Of a stretch of 64,000 nt of DNA, positions 18,058 to 27,648 are shown in pieces (positions within the stretch are counted from its first letter, which is position 1; every line of letters starts with the position of its first letter). Below the pieces are notes generated by a model, which saw only the letters and a program-made list of their open reading frames with translations, had not been told where the DNA came from and did no database searches. Position numbers and translations under genes: made by a program. This stretch comes from an uncultured Thermoleophilaceae bacterium (GTDB lineage: Bacteria > Actinomycetota > Thermoleophilia > Solirubrobacterales > Thermoleophilaceae): the NCBI GenBank assembly GCA_963813495.1, contig CAWEZC010000004.1, positions 80,483 to 144,482 on the forward strand, in the 5' to 3' direction.

Positions 18058-18906
18058 ATGCCCGAGCTACCCGAAGTGGAGATCACCGCCCGCCGCCTCA
18101 GCCGTGGGCTTGCCGGCGCGCGCATCGAGTCGGCGCTGGCGCCCGGCCCGGTGGCGCTCAAGACCTTCCAGCCGCCCCTCGACGCGCTCGCCGGCCGCGA
18201 GGTCGACGGGGTGCGCCGAATCGGCAAGATGCTCGCGGTCGAGGCGGGCGACCTGACGCTGCTCATCCACCTGATGTCGGCCGGCCGGCTGCAGCTGTTC
18301 GACAAGCGCGCCTCGTTGCGCGACCGCTCGTCCCGCGTGCTGGTGCGCGTGGAGGACGGGCGTGAGTTGCGTCTGCGCGAGTTCGGCACCAAGCAGCGGG
18401 CCTGGGCCAAGCTCCTGCGGGCCGGCGACGTGGACACGGACGAGGCCGTGGCCGGCCTCGGCCCCGACGCCCTTCCCGCGCCGGCGCCCGACGAGTTTGC
18501 CCGGCTGCTCGACCAGCCCCGGCACCTCCATCCGCTGCTGCGCGACCAGCGCACGATTGCGGGCATCGGGCGCTCCTGGGTCGACGAGCTGCTCTGGACG
18601 GCTCGCCTGTCGCCCTTCCAGAAGGGCGCCGACCTCGATTCCGATGAGCTCGACGCGCTACGTGCGGCCTGTGACGACGTGCTTGCCGGCGCGATCGACC
18701 ACTACGAGGAGGTGGTCGGGGACAGCGTGCCGGACAAGCTGCCGATGCCGCTCCAGGTCCATCGCCGCGCAGGGGAGGACTGTCCCCGCTGCGGCGCCCG
18801 GATCGAGGCCATCCACTTCAAGGACTATGTGATGTGTTACTGCCCCGAGGAACAGACCGGTGGGCGCGTGCTCAAGGACCGCCGCCTCTCGCGGCTCCTG
18901 AAATAG
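18058..18906 (+). CDS. mutM: formamidopyrimidine-DNA glycosylase / Nei-family DNA glycosylase
   Basis: N-terminal 'MPELPEVE' and C-terminal zinc finger 'CPRCGARIE...YCPEEQ'. Confidence 0.92.
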   Translation: MPELPEVEITARRLSRGLAGARIESALAPGPVALKTFQPPLDALAGREVDGVRRIGKMLAVEAGDLTLLIHLMSAGRLQLFDKRASLRDRSSRVLVRVEDGRELRLREFGTKQRAWAKLLRAGDVDTDEAVAGLGPDALPAPAPDEFARLLDQPRHLHPLLRDQRTIAGIGRSWVDELLWTARLSPFQKGADLDSDELDALRAACDDVLAGAIDHYEEVVGDSVPDKLPMPLQVHRRAGEDCPRCGARIEAIHFKDYVMCYCPEEQTGGRVLKDRRLSRLLK

Positions 18907-18917
18907 AAAGGACCTCA

Positions 18918-19373
18918 GTGGACGAAGGCGACAAGGCTCCGGACTTCGAGCTGCCCGACCAGCACGGAGAGCCGGTCAAGCTCTCGGACCTGCATGGGCA
19001 GAGGGTGGTTCTGTACTTCTACCCCAAGGCCGACACGCCGGGTTGCACCACCCAGGCCTGCGGCGTGCGCGACCATCTGCCCGACTACGAGGGCGCCGGC
19101 GCGGTGGTGATGGGGATCTCGCCGGACTCGGTCGAGAAGGTCAAGAAGTTTCACGACAAGCAGGGGCTCAACTTCACGCTCCTCGCGGATGAGGACCACT
19201 CGGTGGCCGAGAGCTACGGCGTGTGGGTGGAGAAGTCGAAGTACGGCCGCACCTACTGGGGAAATGAGCGCACCACCTTCGTGATCGACGCCCACGGCGT
19301 CGTCCGCCAGGTGCTGCGCAAGGTCAAGCCCAAGGAGCACGACGAGCAGGTGCTCGCCGCGCTGGCCGCCTAG
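18918..19373 (+). CDS. bcp: thioredoxin-dependent thiol peroxidase (Bcp, peroxiredoxin)
   Basis: GTG at 18918. 'VVLYFYPKADTPGCTTQAC' is the peroxidatic Cys motif. Confidence 0.92.
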   Translation: MDEGDKAPDFELPDQHGEPVKLSDLHGQRVVLYFYPKADTPGCTTQACGVRDHLPDYEGAGAVVMGISPDSVEKVKKFHDKQGLNFTLLADEDHSVAESYGVWVEKSKYGRTYWGNERTTFVIDAHGVVRQVLRKVKPKEHDEQVLAALAA

Positions 19374-19459
19374 CGGCCATTGCTCCCGTGACGGATGAAG
19401 GCCTCCACTTCCACCGCACCACGACCGGCATCGCGATGACCGCCCGGTGCTAGTTCGGT

Positions 19460-19981
19460 GTGTCCGTGGCCGGCCTTCCCCTGCGCACCGAGCGGCTCGA
19501 GATCCGGGCCTTCGTCGAGGAGGATCTCGAGGCGCTCCACCGCGTCTACGGCGATCCCGAGGTCACGCGTTTCATACCTCGCTATCCCACCGTCGACGAC
19601 ACGCGTCGCGCCCTCAACGTACACGTGAGCGAGGCCCGTGCCGGAAACCCCGCCTTCTGGGCGCTGATCGAGCGCCAGAGCGGAGAACTGATCGGCGACG
19701 CCGGGCTGGGGCTCCTCGCCGGCGGCCCCGACCATGAGCTCGGTTATACGCTCGCGCGCAACCGCTGGGGCCAGGGCTACGCAACCGAGGCAGCCGGCGC
19801 CTGCCTGGCCTACGCGCTCGGCCAGCTCGGCCTCGATCCCGTCTACGCCCAGGTCCGTCCGGAGAACACCGCCTCGGTACGCGTGCTCGAGAAGATCGGC
19901 ATGGAGCCGGCCGGCCGCCGGGACGCGTACGGCGCCCCCCACCTGATCTACGTGGCGCGCGCGCCGGCTACCCGACGGTGA
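19460..19981 (+). CDS. GNAT N-acetyltransferase (RimJ/RimL-like)
   Basis: 'LRTERLEIRAF' N-terminus and 'RNRWGQGYATEAAGACLAYA' motif A. Confidence 0.85.
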   Translation: MSVAGLPLRTERLEIRAFVEEDLEALHRVYGDPEVTRFIPRYPTVDDTRRALNVHVSEARAGNPAFWALIERQSGELIGDAGLGLLAGGPDHELGYTLARNRWGQGYATEAAGACLAYALGQLGLDPVYAQVRPENTASVRVLEKIGMEPAGRRDAYGAPHLIYVARAPATRR

Positions 19982-20457
19982 GCGTGCCCTCCATGCCGGC
20001 GTCCTTGTGGTTGCCGACGGGGCAGTAGTACTCGTACTCGCCCGGCTCGAGCTCTACCTCGACCTTCGAGACGCCGCCCTTGCCGACCGTCTCGCCCTCC
20101 GCCTCCACGCCGTTTCCCTCCACTTCGATCGCGTGGGGGACGTCGGACGGGTTGGCGAGCACGATGGCAACCTTTCCGGGCTTGGTCTCGAGTCTGGTCT
20201 TGTCGAACTTGAGCGCACCGCTCGGATCCGCGACCAGCCTGAGAGCGCCGGCGGGAGCGCCGCCGCTCGCGGCGTTCGTATCGGTCTTCTCGTCGCCGCC
20301 GCCGGAGTTCGTAGTAGCCGCCGGAGTCGCGCGCCTCGCCGCCCGAACCGGAGCCGCCAGAGTCGCCACCGTCGTCCGAGTCATCGTCTCCGCAACCCGC
20401 CGCGGCAAGCGCGAGGACCGCGAGAAGCGCCGCCAGGGACATGCTGCGAGTGGGCAT
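19968..20457 (-). pseudogene. cupredoxin lipoprotein split over two reading frames (apparent 1-nt frameshift)
   Basis: Frame A (20457 downward) gives 'MSLAALLAVLALAAAGCGDDDSDDGG', a lipobox signal. Frame B (ORF 19968..20408) gives the copper domain 'PHAIEVEG...YEYYCPVGNHKDAGMEG'. The switch must lie in the GGC-rich tract at about 20300-20395. Confidence 0.7.
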
Positions 20458-20518
20458 CGAGACCTCCGGGCCGTGTACGCGAGGTTCTACGCAGGCGGCC
20501 GAGTCCCGGTTCGACGGC

Positions 20519-21211
20519 TCAGTAGACGAGCCGGCCCTCCAGGAGCGCGTCTCCGCGCCGGCCCTCGGCGGCGTCCCGCGCGCCGCGCGTGATCACGATC
20601 CGGTGATAGTCGCCCGGCTGGACCGCCGCGGTGAGCTCCGCCCGGGCTCGGCCGTCGCCCTGAACCCGGAAGGTGCCGCCGCTGACCCAGCGCCCGTCGG
20701 AGGCCACGCACCAGACCTCGTAGACCCCGCCGGGCCGGGCCGGGAGGCGCCGTGCGCTCAGCTCGATCTGCGTACCCGCGGGCACGGCGGTGACCTGGGC
20801 GCGGGCGGAGCCGGGCCCCCGTCCGCGCAGGTCGGCGCTCGCGTAGGCGCGCGCGTCGTCGTCGCCGCCGAGCAGCACGACGAGTGCAGCGAGCACGGCA
20901 GCGGCAATCCCGGCGGCCGCGATCAGGACGCGCGGGCGCAGTCGGTCGACTCCCGTCCGCCCCGTGCTTGCGCGTTCGCGCACGAAGCGGTCGAGCACCG
21001 CGTCCTCGATCTGGGGCGAGAGCTCGGGGGGCGGGATGTCCTCAGGGTCGATGCAGTCGAGGAGCAGCGGCAGCCCGGCGAGCTCCTGCTCGGCGCGGGC
21101 GCAGCGCTGGCAGGAGGCGAGATGCAGCCGCATCTCGGCCTGCTCGGCCGGCTCGAGTGCGCCGAGCACGTAGCCGCCGATCTGATCACCGTGGGTGTGG
21201 CAGCCGCTCAA
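20519..21211 (-). CDS. zinc-binding anti-sigma factor (ZAS, RskA-like) with one TM
   Basis: TTG at 21211 overlaps the sigma stop (TTGA). 'HLASCQRC' is the H-x3-C-x2-C motif. TM 'VLIAAAGIAAAVLAALVVLL' is followed by an extracytoplasmic domain. Confidence 0.8.
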   Translation of the reverse strand: MSGCHTHGDQIGGYVLGALEPAEQAEMRLHLASCQRCARAEQELAGLPLLLDCIDPEDIPPPELSPQIEDAVLDRFVRERASTGRTGVDRLRPRVLIAAAGIAAAVLAALVVLLGGDDDARAYASADLRGRGPGSARAQVTAVPAGTQIELSARRLPARPGGVYEVWCVASDGRWVSGGTFRVQGDGRARAELTAAVQPGDYHRIVITRGARDAAEGRRGDALLEGRLVY

Positions 21212-21756
21212 CGCTCGACCTCCATCTCGTCGAGGATCAGCCGGAGGCTGCGCAACGCGTAGTAGGCGCGGCTCTTGACCGTGCCGATCGGCACGCCGGC
21301 GCGCTCGGCGATCTCGCGCAGGCTCAGGCCGCCCCAGTGGGCCAGGCGCACCACCTCGCGGTGCTCGGGTGAGAGCCGGGCCAGGGCCGCCGCCACCTGC
21401 CAGCGCAGCACCGCCCGCTCGAGCTCGCGGTCGAGCTCCCCGGCCTCGGTCTCGAGCGGCTCGCCGATGCTCACGGGACGCACGGCCGCGCGCCGGCGGG
21501 CGTCGACGATTCGGTTGCGGGCTATCGCGTACAGCCAAGTGCGCACGCTGGCCCGGCTGCGGTCGTACTCGCTCGCGTGGCGCCAGAGCTGGGCGAATAC
21601 GTCCTGCACGACCTCCTCGGCGAGCTCGCGGTCGCCCAGAGCGTTGCAGGCGAATCCGAACAGCTCGCGGGAGTAGCGCCGGTAGAGCTCGCGCAGCTCG
21701 TCCCCGCTGCGATCACGCGGCAGGCGCTCGACGAGCGTTGCGTCACTCGAGGGCAT
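21208..21756 (-). CDS. ECF (group IV) sigma-70 factor
   Basis: 182 aa from the ATG at 21756. Region 2 'VVQDVFAQLW...RTWLYAIARNRIVDARR' and region 4 'LSLREIAERAGVPIGTVKSRAYYAL'. Confidence 0.92.
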   Translation of the reverse strand: MPSSDATLVERLPRDRSGDELRELYRRYSRELFGFACNALGDRELAEEVVQDVFAQLWRHASEYDRSRASVRTWLYAIARNRIVDARRRAAVRPVSIGEPLETEAGELDRELERAVLRWQVAAALARLSPEHREVVRLAHWGGLSLREIAERAGVPIGTVKSRAYYALRSLRLILDEMEVER

Positions 21757-21764
21757 CGGATCGG

Positions 21765-22523
21765 TTATACGCGCTCTCGGGCCGCGCGGTTCGGCGCGCG
21801 CGGTGCGTCGCGGCGCGCGAGCACCAGCGCAAAGCCGAGCGTGTCGCGCCCCTCGGGCAGAGACATGCGCCGGCGGGCGCGATCGGCCCGCTCGCGCAGA
21901 AGCTCGGCTCCGGAATCCCCCGAGTGCGCAGCGGCCCAGCGCTCGGCGTTGGCGATCAGGCTCCATTCGTAACGGTCCCAGTCCTGCTGGGAGGCCACCG
22001 AGGCGTACAGCGGCCTCAGCCCGGCCTGCTCGAGCGCCTGGATCAAGTCCGGGTAGGAGGCCAGCTCGCCGGAGCTCGAGCCGCCGAGCGCGTCGAGGTA
22101 AGCGGGGCTGGGCTCACGCATCCAGTAGCCCTCACCGAGCAGCACCTGGCCGCCGGGCGCCACGAGCTCTCGCAGCGCGCCGAGAGACTTTGGATATCCA
22201 CCCAGGGCGTGGCTCGAGCCCACGCAGAGCGCCAGATCGAAGGGCCCGGGGGGCGCGGCGTTGGCCACACGCAGCTCGAGCCCGGGCGCCCGCGCCCGCG
22301 CCTCGGTGATCGTCTCGGAGTCGGCGTCGTACCCGAGCGCCCGCACGTCCCAGCGCCGCGTCACGCGGCGCAGCAGCTCGGCTCGCCCACAGCCCACGTC
22401 GAGCACACAGCCACCCCGGGGCAGGTCGAGCAGCTCGATCGTCTCGTCGACGGCACCGCTCGAGAGGGGATTCATCAGCGCCAAGTCGCCGTGGGCGATG
22501 CGCGAGGCGGCGGCGTTGTCCAC
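21765..22523 (-). CDS. class I SAM-dependent methyltransferase
   Basis: 'VLDVGCGRAELL' motif I. It ends 8 nt before the sigma-factor start. Confidence 0.85.
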   Translation of the reverse strand: MDNAAASRIAHGDLALMNPLSSGAVDETIELLDLPRGGCVLDVGCGRAELLRRVTRRWDVRALGYDADSETITEARARAPGLELRVANAAPPGPFDLALCVGSSHALGGYPKSLGALRELVAPGGQVLLGEGYWMREPSPAYLDALGGSSSGELASYPDLIQALEQAGLRPLYASVASQQDWDRYEWSLIANAERWAAAHSGDSGAELLRERADRARRRMSLPEGRDTLGFALVLARRDAPRAPNRAARERV

Positions 22524-22540
22524 GGTCGCACCGTACCTTT

Positions 22541-23590
22541 GTGCGCGTGCCCAGCGCGAGCCTTGGCGAGTCGTTCCGGTCGTTCTTCGACGCGGTCGAC
22601 GACTTCGTCTCCAACCTGGCCTCCGTGCGCCTGGTGCCGCTGCTGCTGGCGCTGGTGCTGTTCACGATCTACCTGACCTTGCGGGCCCGGGCCAGCTTCA
22701 ACATCCTGCGCGCGGCCTACCCCACTGAGCAGTTCCGCTTCCGCGAGATCTGGGGCGCCTACTTCGCCGGCTACGGCTTCAACGCGGTTATCCCCGCCCG
22801 CGGCGGCGATGTCGTGCGCTTGTTCCTCACCAAGACCGCGATCCCGCGCTCGAGCTACCCGGCCGTGGCCGCGAGCTTCGTGGTGGAGCTCGGCTTCGAC
22901 GTGGCGATGGGCTCGCTGATCCTGCTGTTCGCCTTCACGCAGGGCGTCTTTCCCAAGCCGCCGGACTTCGCTCAGCTGAATGCCTTCGACCTCTCCTACC
23001 TCGCGCAGCGACCGGAGTTCACCCTCTTCCTGCTCACGGTGATCGCGCTTGCGGGACTCACCGCGTTCGCGTTGCTCAGCGCCCGCGCCAAGGCCTTCTG
23101 GGAGCGCATTCGCCAAGGCTTGACGATCCTTCAGGACCGGCGCCGCTACTTCCGCGAGGTGTTCGCAGTCCAGTTCGCGGGCTGGTGCTTTCGCTTCGCC
23201 GCCTTCTGGATGCTTCTCGAGGCCTTCCGTGTCGGCGGCTCGGTCAAGAACGTGCTGCTCGTCCTCGGCGTCAACGCGGTCTCGGCCGCGGTTCCGTTCA
23301 CCCCTCAGGGGGCCGGGGTGCAGCAGGCGCTGCTGGCCAAGGTCTTCGCAGGGACGGCCGCGGGGTCGACCGTGGCCGCCTACTCGGTGGGCCAGCAGAT
23401 CGCGATCGGCGTGCTCACGTTCGGGATCGGCTTCGCCGCGCTGTTCTTCATCTTCCGCGTGCGCAGCTTCAAGGAGGTGATCGCCCGCGGCCGCGAGGAC
23501 CGCGAGGCCGAGCGCGGCGGCGTCGCCGACGAGGAGGGGGAGGCCGAGCCTAGGTCCCGAAGCCCTCGCGAGCCTCGCGCACCAGGATGA
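22541..23590 (+). CDS. flippase-like membrane protein (lysyl-phosphatidylglycerol synthase TM region / UPF0104-like)
   Basis: Multi-TM. 'GYGFNAVIPARGGDVVRLFL' resembles the conserved loop of this family. GTG start. Confidence 0.65.
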   Translation: MRVPSASLGESFRSFFDAVDDFVSNLASVRLVPLLLALVLFTIYLTLRARASFNILRAAYPTEQFRFREIWGAYFAGYGFNAVIPARGGDVVRLFLTKTAIPRSSYPAVAASFVVELGFDVAMGSLILLFAFTQGVFPKPPDFAQLNAFDLSYLAQRPEFTLFLLTVIALAGLTAFALLSARAKAFWERIRQGLTILQDRRRYFREVFAVQFAGWCFRFAAFWMLLEAFRVGGSVKNVLLVLGVNAVSAAVPFTPQGAGVQQALLAKVFAGTAAGSTVAAYSVGQQIAIGVLTFGIGFAALFFIFRVRSFKEVIARGREDREAERGGVADEEGEAEPRSRSPREPRAPG

Positions 23591-23828
23591 CCGCCTCGGG
23601 GAACATCAGGCGCATCGCCTGAAGCAGGTCCTGCGACTGCTGCTCGGCGTTGCCCTGGAGGTTCATGCGAGCGAGTCCGGCCACGGTCATGTCGACCGCC
23701 AGCTTGATCGCGTTGTCAGCCCAGGCCACCTTCTGCGCTCCCTGCATCTGAGAGGCGAACTCCTCCATGCGCCGGCGCAGTTCGTCCGGATCGCCGAAGA
23801 GGCCGCCGAAAGGATCTTCAGAGGACAT
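23550..23828 (-). CDS. hypothetical small protein
   Basis: 92 aa, non-repetitive and helical-looking sequence. Its 3' end overlaps the convergent gene by 41 nt. No family recognised. Confidence 0.4.
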   Translation of the reverse strand: MSSEDPFGGLFGDPDELRRRMEEFASQMQGAQKVAWADNAIKLAVDMTVAGLARMNLQGNAEQQSQDLLQAMRLMFPEAVILVREAREGFGT

Positions 23829-23964
23829 GCTCCAAGATTAGGGACTCAGCGCATTCCCACGACCCGCCGTGCTCGCCGAGCCGGCCCAGCTTGGCCGGAT
23901 CGCGGCCGGCCAGCACGCTGGTCACCGAGGACGACCGTCACGGCCGGGACGATACAGTCGCCCC

Positions 23965-24411
23965 GTGCACATCTCCGAGGTGATGACACATGGAGTCGTC
24001 ACGGTCGAGACCGCTGACAGCCTCCACCGAGTGGGCGAGCTGATGCGCGACCGCAACGTGGGCTCGGTCGTGGTCTGCGACGGCGGCCGCCCCGTGGGCG
24101 TGATCACCGACCGCGACCTGGCGCTGGCCGTGGTGGCGGATCGGATCGAGTCGGCCGAGCAGGCCGGCGACCACGCGTCGCGGCCGCTCGTGACCGGCGA
24201 GATCGAGATGGACCTAGAGGAGGCCGTGGCGCTGATGATCCAGCATCGCATCCGGCGGCTGCCGGTCTGCCGGGGCGAGGAACTGGTGGGGATCGTGACG
24301 ATCGACGATCTCGCTGTACGCGCCGGCGACCTTCATCAGGCACAGCAGATCACCGCTGAGGTGGCCAAGGCGGCTCTGCCCGAGTTCTATTTCCACCAGC
24401 GCGGCGGCTGA
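23965..24411 (+). CDS. CBS-pair domain protein
   Basis: 'VMTHGVVTV...NVGSVVVCDGGRPVGVITDRDL' and 'IRRLPVCRGEELVGIVTIDDL' are two CBS motifs. Start is GTG at 23965 or ATG at 23983. Confidence 0.85.
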   Translation: MHISEVMTHGVVTVETADSLHRVGELMRDRNVGSVVVCDGGRPVGVITDRDLALAVVADRIESAEQAGDHASRPLVTGEIEMDLEEAVALMIQHRIRRLPVCRGEELVGIVTIDDLAVRAGDLHQAQQITAEVAKAALPEFYFHQRGG

Positions 24412-24416
24412 GCGGC

Positions 24417-24611
24417 ATGGCCACGCTCACGCCCGGCCAGCTGCGCACCCGGCGGCGCATCGAGGGAGTCATCCGCCTGATGGCGCCTGCTCTCGACGTG
24501 GTGCTCGCGGTGGGCGACCGGGTGTCGCGCATCGTGGAGCCCGAAGACAGCGACTACTACCCGCCGCGCGTATCGCGGCGCAGCGAACCACAGGTCCGAC
24601 CTCGCCCGTGA
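24417..24611 (+). CDS. hypothetical small protein
   Basis: 64 aa. Its stop overlaps the next gene's GTG (GTGA at 24608-24611), which suggests translational coupling. No family recognised. Confidence 0.4.
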   Translation: MATLTPGQLRTRRRIEGVIRLMAPALDVVLAVGDRVSRIVEPEDSDYYPPRVSRRSEPQVRPRP

Positions 24612-25477
24612 GTAGGCAGGAACAGCTGGACTGGCAGGCCCGCTGGGCTCGCCCCGCCGCGGTGGCCGCGTTCTTGGCCGTGGTCGCCTCGATCGTCCAG
24701 GTCGTGCTGCCGGCGACGGTGATCGAGGATCGCCCCGGCATCCGCAGCCTGCCGGACTCCTACCTGTCCGTCGACGAGAACTCGGCCCCATTCCTCGTCG
24801 CCGGTGCGGCGCGGGTCATCGGAGCGCTCGCCCTCGTGGTGGTCTTCTACTACCTGTTCAAGCTGATCCGCGCTCGGGGCGGAGCCGTCCCCGCCTGGTT
24901 CGTGTATCTCGTGGTCGCGGGTCCGGTTCTGTTCGCCCTCGCGCAGGGCTTCGGTGCCATCGATCAGGTGGACAACGCTCAGCAGTTCGCCGACCAGGAG
25001 GTGGTCCGGGGTGAGGCGGGCGAAAATGTGGCTGAGCGCATCCAGGACGACGTCAACCCGGTTCTGATCGGTATCTCCTCGGCCGGGCAGATCGCGGTGG
25101 CGTTCCTGTTCGTGATGCTGCCTCTGCGGGCACGCACGGTCGGCCTGTTGAGTCCCTTCATGTCGATCCTAGGAGTGATCGCGGGCGCGCTCATCGTCCT
25201 GCCCATCGCACCGGCTCCCATCATCCAGGCGTTCTGGCTCGGCGCGGTCGGGGCCCTGTTCCTGGGCCACTGGCCCGGGGGTCGCGGGCCCTCCTGGGAG
25301 ACCGGCGAGGCCGCGCCCTGGCCGTCACCGGCGCAGCGACGCGGACTCGCTCCCGGTCCTGACGAGAAGCCGCCGAACGACTCGCTGCTCGGCCCTCCGG
25401 AGTCGAATGGCTCGGGTGAACCGCCCGAGGCCGCCCCGGACCGGCCCAGCTCACGCAAGCGCCGGCGCAAGCGCTAG
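24608..25477 (+). CDS. integral membrane protein, function unknown
   Basis: Several hydrophobic helices ('[18 protein letters not shown]', '[15 protein letters not shown]', '[15 protein letters not shown]', '[10 protein letters not shown]', '[15 protein letters not shown]'). Confidence 0.6.
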   Translation: MSRQEQLDWQARWARPAAVAAFLAVVASIVQVVLPATVIEDRPGIRSLPDSYLSVDENSAPFLVAGAARVIGALALVVVFYYLFKLIRARGGAVPAWFVYLVVAGPVLFALAQGFGAIDQVDNAQQFADQEVVRGEAGENVAERIQDDVNPVLIGISSAGQIAVAFLFVMLPLRARTVGLLSPFMSILGVIAGALIVLPIAPAPIIQAFWLGAVGALFLGHWPGGRGPSWETGEAAPWPSPAQRRGLAPGPDEKPPNDSLLGPPESNGSGEPPEAAPDRPSSRKRRRKR

Positions 25478-26868
25478 GCGATTGCCGGGGCCTCGGGCAG
25501 CCGCTCGAGCGCCGCGTCCATGTCCGCCGCGGAGAACTCCGGATCCTCGAGCTCACCGGCGAGGTAGGCGTCGTAGGCGGACATGTCGAAGTGCCCGTGA
25601 CCGCAGAGGCCCATGAGGATCACGCGCTGCTCGCCGGCCTCACGGGCGGCGGCGGCCTCGTCGAACACCGCGCGGATGGCGTGGGCCGGCTCGGGAGCGG
25701 GCAGGATCGCCTCCGTGCGGGCGAACCGGATCGCCGCCTCGAAGGTTTCGTTCTGGCGATAGGCGCGCGCCTCCACGAGCCCGTTCTTGACCAGCCCCGA
25801 CACCATCGGCGAATCGCCGTGGTAGCGCAGTCCGCCGGCGTGCACGGGTGGGGGCACGAAGTCGTGGCCGAGCGTGTACATGGGCATGAGCGGGGTCAGC
25901 CCCACCGTGTCGCCGAAGTCGTAGCGGTAGGCGCCGCGCGTGAGCGTCGGGCAGGCCGCCGGCTCCGCCGCCACGAAGCGTGTCTTGGCCTCGCCACGCA
26001 GCACGCGCCGCAGGAAGGGGAAGGCGAGTCCGGCGAAATTGGAGCCGCCGCCCACGCAGCCGACCACCACGTCCGGCTCCTCACCGGCCATCTCCAGCTG
26101 GGCGATCGCCTCCTGCCCGATCACCGTCTGATGCAGGCAGACGTGATTGAGCACCGACCCGAGCGCGTAGTTCGTGTTCTCGTCGCCGGCCGCCACCTCA
26201 ACCGCCTCGGAGATCGCGATTCCCAGCGAGCCGGTTGGATGCGCCGCCTGTGAGCGGCCGGCCTCCGTGGTATCGCTGGGCGAGCGGATGACGGTGCCAC
26301 CCCAGCTCTCCATCATGGCGCGCCGGTAGGGCTTCTGGTCGTAGCTCGCGCCGACCATGTAGACCACGCACTCGAGTCCGAACAGCGAGCAGGCGAGCGA
26401 CAGGGCGGAGCCCCACTGGCCGGCGCCCGTCTCGGTGGCCAGGCGCTCGATGCCGGCCTCCTTGTTGGCGTAGGCCTGGGCCACGGCGCTGTTGGGCTTG
26501 TGCGAGCCCGCGGGCGAGACGCCCTCGTACTTGTAGTAGATGTGCGCTGGGGTATCGAGCACCGCCTCGAGCCGGCGCGCGCGATACAGCGGCGTGGGAC
26601 GCCAGAGCCTGTAGACGTCGCGCACCGGCTCCGGGATCGCGACCTGGGGCTCCATCGAGACTTCCTGGCCGATCAGCTCCATGGGGAAGATCGGCGTCAG
26701 GTCGTCCGGGCCTGCGGGCTCCTTGGTGGCGGGATTGAGCGGCGGCAGCGGCTCGCCGGGAAGGTCGGGAAGGAGGTTTACCCAGTGGGTTGGGATGCGG
26801 TCCTCGGTCAGGGTGAACTTGGTCTGGTCGGTCACGGGCGCGATCCTAACCCGCCGGCGCCTTGGCAT
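25474..26868 (-). CDS. TrpB-like PLP enzyme (tryptophan synthase beta, TrpB2 type)
   Basis: '[22 protein letters not shown]' (PLP lysine) and '[13 protein letters not shown]'. The long N-terminal arm is typical of TrpB2. Confidence 0.9.
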   Translation of the reverse strand: MPRRRRVRIAPVTDQTKFTLTEDRIPTHWVNLLPDLPGEPLPPLNPATKEPAGPDDLTPIFPMELIGQEVSMEPQVAIPEPVRDVYRLWRPTPLYRARRLEAVLDTPAHIYYKYEGVSPAGSHKPNSAVAQAYANKEAGIERLATETGAGQWGSALSLACSLFGLECVVYMVGASYDQKPYRRAMMESWGGTVIRSPSDTTEAGRSQAAHPTGSLGIAISEAVEVAAGDENTNYALGSVLNHVCLHQTVIGQEAIAQLEMAGEEPDVVVGCVGGGSNFAGLAFPFLRRVLRGEAKTRFVAAEPAACPTLTRGAYRYDFGDTVGLTPLMPMYTLGHDFVPPPVHAGGLRYHGDSPMVSGLVKNGLVEARAYRQNETFEAAIRFARTEAILPAPEPAHAIRAVFDEAAAAREAGEQRVILMGLCGHGHFDMSAYDAYLAGELEDPEFSAADMDAALERLPEAPAIA

Positions 26869-26885
26869 CAGTGCGCTCGGAGCCG

Positions 26886-27566
26886 TCAGACGGCGTCGGC
26901 TGCGGCCGCGATCTCGCGGTAGGCGGCGGCCGGGTCATCGCTCCCGAAGATCGAGGAACCGGCCACGAACAGGGTGGCTCCGGCCTCGGCGGTCGCACGC
27001 ACCCTGGCAACGTCGATTCCGCCATCCACCTCGATCGGCATGCCCGGTCCCAGGAGCTCTCGCAGGCGTGCCACCTTGGGGGTCGAGCTCTCGATGTAGG
27101 GCTGCCCGCCCCAGCCCGGGTTGACCGTCATGCAGAGCAGGTGGTCGAACATGTCGGCCAATCCCACCACGGCTTCCGGCGGCGTGCCCGGATTGATCGC
27201 CAGCGCTGAGTGCAGGCCGGCGTCGCGCACCGCCTTGAGCGCATAGTGCACGTCAGGGGTGGCCTCCCAGTGCACGATCAGCGTGTCGGCTCCGGCGGCC
27301 GCGAACTCCTCCACCCTGCGCTCCGGGCGCTCGACCATCAGGTGCACGTCGAGCACGCCGCCGCGCTCGTGCACCGGATCGCGCAGCGCCCTGACGATCA
27401 GGTCGCCGATCGTGATGGGCGGAACGAAGTGGCCGTCCATGACGTCCACGTGGATCACTCGCGCCCCGGCATCCATGACCAGCTCGACCTGCTCGCCCAG
27501 GCGGGCGAAATCGGAAGCGAGGATCGAGGGAGCCACGCGCCGGTCTTGCATGAGCTCGTGCGCCAT
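26886..27566 (-). CDS. rpe: ribulose-phosphate 3-epimerase
   Basis: 226 aa from the ATG at 27566. '[13 protein letters not shown]', '[11 protein letters not shown]', '[10 protein letters not shown]' and 'EVDGGI'. Confidence 0.93.
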   Translation of the reverse strand: MAHELMQDRRVAPSILASDFARLGEQVELVMDAGARVIHVDVMDGHFVPPITIGDLIVRALRDPVHERGGVLDVHLMVERPERRVEEFAAAGADTLIVHWEATPDVHYALKAVRDAGLHSALAINPGTPPEAVVGLADMFDHLLCMTVNPGWGGQPYIESSTPKVARLRELLGPGMPIEVDGGIDVARVRATAEAGATLFVAGSSIFGSDDPAAAYREIAAAADAV

Positions 27567-27648
27567 GAGGTTGGGGCCGACCCTACCCAAGCGGCGGGGG
27601 CCCGGTTTCCCGGACCCCCGCTTCGAGCCGTTTCGATGTGAGCGAGGC

